Below, one piece after another: positions 62,301 through 64,000 of a stretch of 64,000 nt of DNA. Under the pieces are notes generated by a model, which saw nothing but the letters and a program-made list of their open reading frames with translations, was not told the DNA's origin and did no database searches. How positions within the stretch are numbered: position 1 is the first letter of the stretch; every line of letters starts with the position of its first letter. Position numbers and translations under genes: made by a program. The DNA comes from Diadema antillarum (taxonomy: Eukaryota): NCBI RefSeq assembly GCF_040938485.1, contig NW_027270954.1:1178001-1242000 (forward strand). The letters run 5' to 3'.

Positions 62301-63539
62301 ATATTTACATATAAACACCAGGAGTTCAATGTCTTTCATTTAGTTAGCGGTATCTACATATTTTGGTATTGTGTTTTGTATGAAAAAGTGAAATTGAAGT
62401 TTTGATTCAAACCAAATCTAGGTCAGTTCCACTGTGTTGTCAGTTTTGAAGTGACCTACATTAAACTCAAAGAGGGTTGCGTTCAGAACCGATCGTAGGA
62501 CAGGTGAATACTGAGGACAGCAAAAAATACTTCCACGATTTAACAAATAAATTGTATATCAATAATGCCTTAACCCTAACCAGGCCGGGCTTTTTTGGGT
62601 GTTCTGTGGCCGGGGAGGGGTTGATTCAACCCCCCCCCCCCCCCCCCCGAGATCTCGGCCGTCGATCGCGCAATCGCCATGAAATTTGGCACGTGCATTA
62701 CCTGTGGCGTAATCTACCAAGCTATACATAAAAAAATGGAAATTTTTGTCATTCTAATTAATTATGCTAATATATGCATAAAATCATACATTTTGCTCTA
62801 AATCAGAAATTAAAGCTCCTAGAATCCTAATTTTTGGTGAAAACATTCTTTGTAGCATTCCTAACGATGTACTTGAAAAAAAAAATGGTATCAAAATCAA
62901 TTTCTTATGTATTGTTTTATGAATTTCTTATGTATTTCTTTGTTTTTTCGACCTTTTGTTTTATCATTTTTTTCTCGCAAAATTTATAACAGAACCTATT
63001 TCAAGCATAATTATGCTAAAATTAATTAGTTTCAGCCTATGAAAGTGAAAATAATCATATCTTTATGAATAAGAAGAGAAAACTCCATTTGCATAGACTT
63101 TATACACAAAATCACGTTTTTGAGCAATTTTCGGTCTAACAGGCATGTATAAAACGTTATGCAGCGTCGTAACGGTATGCGCGATTGTCGCGAAAATGGT
63201 GTCAGAAGATGCGCGAGACTTGAAAGTAGAAAGTCGGCGAGCGGCGCGGTCAAAAAATTTCGCGCGGCGGAGTAGTCGCGAAATTACCACTACGATTTAA
63301 CAAATGAATTGTATATCATGAATGATATGGTGCTTTAATGTGCTTTCTGTGCAAAAATTTAGTTGCATGCAGTCAAGGAATGTACCTACACCCCACGGAT
63401 TCACCCCGCCCATCCTGCCAGGCGTGTCCGCTCCACACCTACCAGGACAGACTGCTTCACCAAGAGGAAGAGTGTATTGCTTGTCCGCCCGGTCACATTA
63501 CCCTGACTGAAGGCTCACAGAATTCCACGGACTGTCAGA
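4859..63539 (+). CDS. Giant SVEP1/Uninflatable-related CCP-HYR-GCC-EGF-pentraxin/LamG-TSP1 protein, partial gene (52 exons)
   Basis: 52 exons with AG/GT boundaries and matching phases at every visible junction; recognisable Cys spacing in each domain; no start codon/signal peptide or stop/TM segment in the window. Confidence 0.93.
5706..6724. mobile_element. Non-autonomous DNA transposon with ~300-bp terminal inverted repeats
   Basis: About 5700-6030 is the reverse complement of about 6430-6730; TA on both flanks within ttggTA/TAccaa. Confidence 0.75.
7133..7330 (+). CDS. Exon 2: CCP/Sushi
   Basis: [16 protein letters not shown]; phase 1-1. Confidence 0.92.
7606..7788 (+). CDS. Exon 3: CCP/Sushi
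   Basis: [17 protein letters not shown]; phase 1-1. Confidence 0.92.
8206..8258. repeat. (TA)n microsatellite
   Basis: Direct reading. Confidence 0.95.
8680..9240. repeat. TCCG/CGGA-motif-rich element, probable MITE remnant
   Basis: Dense ttccg and gcgga motifs; no matching TIR pair found. Confidence 0.4.
10287..10541 (+). CDS. Exon 4: HYR
   Basis: [27 protein letters not shown]; phase 1-1. Confidence 0.9.
11400..11755 (+). mobile_element. LINE 3' end fragment with (AAACC)n tail
   Basis: T-rich 3' UTR-like stretch, a gggcctc..gtcctc hairpin-like motif, AAATAAA and (AAACC)n near 11725-11753. Confidence 0.45.
12017..12202 (+). CDS. Exon 5: CCP/Sushi
   Basis: [22 protein letters not shown]; phase 1-1. 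Confidence 0.92.
12963..13781. mobile_element. TGT...ACA element with ~17-bp inverted termini (solo LTR or Ginger-like)
   Basis: TGTGAGGATGTCTCGC versus GCGAGACATCCTTTACA; purine-skewed internal repeats; TSD degenerate. Confidence 0.45.
14719..15306. mobile_element. Harbinger-type MITE, copy 1 (nested)
   Basis: TIR AGCCGGGTTCACACGTAC; ATT TSD; internal TTAGCGGGAT motif arrays. Confidence 0.85.
15448..16074. mobile_element. Harbinger-type MITE, copy 2 (nested)
   Basis: Near-identical to copy 1; imperfect TSD AGT/ATG. Confidence 0.85.
15707..15734. mobile_element. 28-bp perfect palindrome with 8-bp TSD (hAT-like micro-element)
   Basis: CAGTGCCGTATATT|AATATACGGCACTG flanked by ACAACAGC on both sides; copy 1 has a single ACAACAGC. 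Confidence 0.7.
16298..16501 (+). CDS. Exon 6: CCP/Sushi
   Basis: [20 protein letters not shown]; phase 1-1. Confidence 0.9.
16504..17291. mobile_element. Degenerate foldback/MITE element
   Basis: Termini GATAA..GTTTTCCCATTCATTTTC / GAAAATGGATGGGAAAAC..TTATC; TTCA-rich left arm, TGAA-rich right arm, central (CA)n. Confidence 0.55.
17486..17734. mobile_element. MITE with TA TSD
   Basis: ~35-bp TIR TGAAGAGTTTGTTCGCAAAAAC(C/T)GATAAGTCCAT. Confidence 0.8.
18194..18391 (+). CDS. Exon 7: CCP/Sushi
   Basis: [20 protein letters not shown]; phase 1-1. Confidence 0.92.
18423..18800. mobile_element. Kolobok-like MITE fragment (right end uncertain)
   Basis: TTAA followed by AGG terminus; related sequence near 26150-26400. 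Confidence 0.4.
19098..19298 (+). CDS. Exon 8: CCP/Sushi
   Basis: [32 protein letters not shown]; phase 1-1; not captured whole in the ORF track. Confidence 0.9.
19326..20043. mobile_element. PIF/Harbinger-type MITE
   Basis: TIR AGCC(AG/TC)GGTTACACC..AGCCGAAT; TTA TSD at 19323-19325 and 20044-20046; CCGAAT/ATTCGG arrays. Confidence 0.85.
20667..20873 (+). CDS. Exon 9: CCP/Sushi
   Basis: [23 protein letters not shown]; phase 1-1. Confidence 0.92.
21791..21877. repeat. 44-bp tandem duplication
   Basis: aaactctgctgcacagtaatg..atcgatc.tattccat occurs twice. Confidence 0.85.
21938..22041 (+). CDS. Exon 10: HYR 5' half
   Basis: [15 protein letters not shown]; phase 1 to 0. Confidence 0.85.
22506..22674 (+). 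CDS. Exon 11: HYR 3' half
   Basis: [27 protein letters not shown]; phase 0 to 1. Confidence 0.88.
22900..23300 (-). mobile_element. RTE-clade LINE 3' ORF2 fragment
   Basis: [24 protein letters not shown] and DRTKWR motifs spread across shifted frames. Confidence 0.8.
23373..23503. other. Assembly gap (131 N)
   Basis: Direct reading. Confidence 1.
23504..23721 (+). CDS. Exon 12: CCP/Sushi, 5' end inside N gap
   Basis: [25 protein letters not shown]; donor at 23722. Confidence 0.88.
24455..24643 (+). CDS. Exon 13: CCP/Sushi
   Basis: [31 protein letters not shown]; phase 1-1. Confidence 0.88.
25139..25336 (+). CDS. Exon 14: CCP/Sushi
   Basis: [22 protein letters not shown]; phase 1-1. Confidence 0.92.
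25947..26082 (+). CDS. Exon 15: HYR 5' half
   Basis: [20 protein letters not shown]; phase 1 to 2; absent from the ORF track in this frame. Confidence 0.88.
27089..27204 (+). CDS. Exon 16: HYR 3' half
   Basis: [28 protein letters not shown]; phase 2 to 1. Confidence 0.88.
27616..27807 (+). CDS. Exon 17: CCP/Sushi
   Basis: [25 protein letters not shown]; phase 1-1. Confidence 0.92.
28012..28390. mobile_element. Kolobok-type MITE
   Basis: TTAA TSD on both sides; TIR AGGGATGGTACAGTATTGGT / ACCAAAACTATACGATCCCT. Confidence 0.8.
29010..29201 (+). CDS. Exon 18: CCP/Sushi
   Basis: [23 protein letters not shown]; phase 1-1. Confidence 0.92.
30159..30362 (+). CDS. Exon 19: CCP/Sushi
   Basis: [22 protein letters not shown]; phase 1-1. 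Confidence 0.9.
31343..31582 (+). CDS. Exon 20: HYR
   Basis: [34 protein letters not shown]; phase 1-1. Confidence 0.92.
32422..32610 (+). CDS. Exon 21: CCP/Sushi
   Basis: [22 protein letters not shown]; phase 1-1. Confidence 0.92.
33250..33459 (+). CDS. Exon 22: CCP/Sushi
   Basis: [22 protein letters not shown]; phase 1-1. Confidence 0.9.
33586..33916. mobile_element. Empty copy of the AGGGAGCTTTAG host MITE
   Basis: Same TIRs and internal sequence as 14668-16212 without the nested inserts. Confidence 0.85.
34126..35530 (-). mobile_element. 5'-truncated L2/CR1-group LINE
   Basis: [23 protein letters not shown] and HSYSTRSA motifs; gggccc/taccctgggtaa 3' motif and (AAAT)n tail. Confidence 0.9.
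35724..35972 (+). CDS. Exon 23: HYR
   Basis: [30 protein letters not shown]; phase 1-1. Confidence 0.92.
36377..36640. mobile_element. MITE with ~45-bp TIR and TA TSD
   Basis: TGTGACCCG..GGATCCT.AAGTCGCTGACGGG with its inverse; TA on both flanks. Confidence 0.75.
37100..37345 (+). CDS. Exon 24: HYR
   Basis: [33 protein letters not shown]; phase 1-1. Confidence 0.9.
38165..38362 (+). CDS. Exon 25: CCP/Sushi preceding linker 1
   Basis: [25 protein letters not shown]; phase 1-1. Confidence 0.92.
39028..39340 (+). CDS. Exon 26: linker 1a with polybasic sites
   Basis: [34 protein letters not shown]; phase 1 to 2. Confidence 0.88.
39678..39922 (+). CDS. Exon 27: linker 1b
   Basis: [16 protein letters not shown]; phase 2 to 1. 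Confidence 0.88.
41134..41295 (+). CDS. Exon 28: GCC2/GCC3 (ephrin-receptor-like) repeat
   Basis: [23 protein letters not shown]; phase 1-1. Confidence 0.93.
41699..41860 (+). CDS. Exon 29: GCC2/GCC3 repeat
   Basis: [25 protein letters not shown]; phase 1-1. Confidence 0.93.
42105..42266 (+). CDS. Exon 30: GCC2/GCC3 repeat
   Basis: [20 protein letters not shown]; phase 1-1. Confidence 0.93.
42509..42718 (+). CDS. Exon 31: EGF-like x2
   Basis: [21 protein letters not shown]; phase 1-1. Confidence 0.93.
43272..43967 (+). CDS. Exon 32: EGF-like x6
   Basis: Six 6-Cys EGF units, several with Ca-binding DIDEC/DINEC starts; phase 1-1. Confidence 0.95.
44474..44704 (+). CDS. Exon 33: EGF-like x2
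   Basis: [22 protein letters not shown]; phase 1-1. Confidence 0.92.
45085..45238 (+). CDS. Exon 34: EGF-like
   Basis: [23 protein letters not shown]; phase 1 to 2; absent from the ORF track. Confidence 0.9.
45631..45786 (+). CDS. Exon 35: EGF-like
   Basis: PCTHGDC..CEAGYTG..QIDFC..TY; phase 2-2. Confidence 0.9.
46125..46407 (+). CDS. Exon 36: EGF-like
   Basis: [26 protein letters not shown]; phase 2 to 0. Confidence 0.92.
46452..46902. mobile_element. CACTA/EnSpm-like MITE
   Basis: TACTGTAAAAA / TTTTTACTGTG (each one mismatch from CACTGTAAAAA); CA 2-bp TSD; AACACC/GGTGTT subterminal repeats. Confidence 0.7.
47129..47330 (+). mobile_element. Degenerate tRNA-derived SINE
   Basis: A-box-like tagtatagtg head, then a core ccctcttgaccc..gtataaatgg..gctggggtaat. 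Confidence 0.5.
47755..48045 (+). CDS. Exon 37: EGF-like
   Basis: IDTDDC..CQNGG..DIDDC..VCEDQ; phase 0-0. Confidence 0.92.
48622..48766 (+). CDS. Exon 38: EGF-like
   Basis: [22 protein letters not shown]; phase 0 to 1. Confidence 0.92.
49882..50002 (+). CDS. Exon 39: EGF-like
   Basis: [22 protein letters not shown]; phase 1 to 2. Confidence 0.9.
50245..50880 (-). mobile_element. Highly decayed LINE 3' end
   Basis: (TTGAA)n tail on the minus strand, as at 55255; coding motifs barely legible. Confidence 0.3.
51490..51623 (+). CDS. Exon 40: EGF-like
   Basis: [25 protein letters not shown]; phase 2 to 1; absent from the ORF track. Confidence 0.9.
52004..52217 (+). CDS. Exon 41: pentraxin/LamG-like domain, part 1
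   Basis: [14 protein letters not shown]; phase 1 to 2. Confidence 0.82.
52566..52765 (+). CDS. Exon 42: pentraxin/LamG-like domain, part 2
   Basis: [25 protein letters not shown]; phase 2 to 1. Confidence 0.85.
53618..53791 (+). CDS. Exon 43: pentraxin/LamG-like domain, part 3
   Basis: [20 protein letters not shown]; phase 1-1; absent from the ORF track. Confidence 0.85.
54351..54584 (+). CDS. Exon 44: EGF-like x2
   Basis: [23 protein letters not shown]; phase 1-1. Confidence 0.93.
   Translation: MSMTACLRPALMEGPVLTNSMPTSASARGVLTVRSARLTLIFAMTILVKMAGRVPQSMARSSVLVLKTTSVPSVKSP
54972..55142 (+). CDS. Exon 45: thrombospondin type-1 repeat
   Basis: [29 protein letters not shown]; phase 1-1. Confidence 0.95.
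55255..56045 (-). mobile_element. L2/CR1-group LINE 3' fragment
   Basis: [26 protein letters not shown] and [11 protein letters not shown]; (TTGAA)-type tail. Confidence 0.85.
56731..56937 (+). CDS. Exon 46: CCP/Sushi preceding linker 2
   Basis: [29 protein letters not shown]; phase 1-1; absent from the ORF track in this frame. Confidence 0.9.
56948..57035. repeat. (AGT)n microsatellite
   Basis: Direct reading; intronic, just after the exon 46 donor. Confidence 0.9.
57858..58033 (+). CDS. Exon 47: linker 2a
   Basis: [22 protein letters not shown]; phase 1 to 0. Confidence 0.82.
58130..58901. mobile_element. piggyBac-like MITE, complete
   Basis: TTAA TSD at 58126-58129 and 58902-58905; (T)CCT...AGGG ends; GGGTTGATTCAACCC near both ends. 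Confidence 0.82.
59156..59258 (+). CDS. Exon 48: linker 2b with RRKR site
   Basis: [22 protein letters not shown]; the phase 0 to 1 exon needed to join exons 47 and 49. Confidence 0.8.
59980..60150 (+). CDS. Exon 49: linker 2c
   Basis: [27 protein letters not shown]; phase 1-1. Confidence 0.82.
60879..61049 (+). CDS. Exon 50: GCC2/GCC3 repeat
   Basis: [23 protein letters not shown]; phase 1-1; absent from the ORF track. Confidence 0.9.
61431..61610 (+). CDS. Exon 51: GCC2/GCC3 repeat
   Basis: [22 protein letters not shown]; phase 1-1. Confidence 0.92.
62574..63283. mobile_element. piggyBac-like MITE, second copy lacking its right end
   Basis: TTAA then CCCT start; colinear with 58130-58860; the right terminal segment is absent. 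Confidence 0.82.
63363..63539 (+). CDS. Exon 52: GCC2/GCC3 repeat (gene continues downstream)
   Basis: [25 protein letters not shown]; phase 1-1. Confidence 0.9.
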
Positions 63540-64000
63540 GTTAGTAAAATGGTTGCTGGGATATCTGACATCTTCGATTTTCGTTTATTGTTGTTAAAGC
63601 AAGATACTGATACTGCTCCGGTGTAAACTGTTTTAGTAGTTGTAGTGATGATAATAGTAGCAGTAGTAGTAGTAGTAGTAGTAGATGATGCACATTCATT
63701 TGGCAATGGAATTTCATAGGACCAGATTTTAATGTGAGGGGCTGGAAGTATAACTGTATAGCTTCTACGCGTATTCGAAATAAATGATACAAACTAAATG
63801 GTAAAACCTTTTTTCTTTTTTATTACATGTACTTGAAATCTAGGAGAAAAGTTATGGAATTTGAATCTCTAAGATCTTTTCACGAGTGATATTGGCCCCC
63901 ACCATGTGTTAAAATTAACTGAGGTGGTAATGTCAGCCAGTCTTAAGACTTTAGTGCCCCAGTGGTATGTGGAAAGAAAAGGAAATGATAGGCATACTGT

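Noticed and set aside
4859-63539. Assigning the symbol SVEP1
   Set aside because: No VWA domain is visible, EGF and CCP distribution differ, and orthology cannot be tested without a phylogeny.

Overview
Eukaryotic (metazoan) genomic DNA; an invertebrate deuterostome such as an echinoderm is plausible, but this is inference. About 59 kb is one plus-strand gene. I trace 52 GT-AG exons (4859-63539) with a consistent phase chain, about 10.4 kb of CDS or roughly 3,480 codons. Both ends of the gene lie outside the window and one exon start falls in an N gap. The product is a giant SVEP1/Uninflatable-related extracellular protein: a (Sushi/CCP)n-HYR array (16 CCP, 7 HYR), a polybasic linker, 3 GCC2/GCC3 (ephrin-receptor-like) repeats, 21 EGF, a pentraxin/LamG-like domain, 2 EGF, TSP1, CCP, a second homologous polybasic linker and 3 more GCC repeats. 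Positions 1-3241 are the 3' part of a decayed DIRS1-type tyrosine-recombinase retrotransposon (RT/RNase H, Dam-like domain, YR, ICR and right ITR). The introns carry many non-autonomous DNA transposons (Harbinger-, hAT-, piggyBac-, Kolobok-, CACTA- and TA-TSD types, including a triple nest), LINE fragments, a SINE and microsatellites. All coordinates and motifs were read by eye; no database searches were run.
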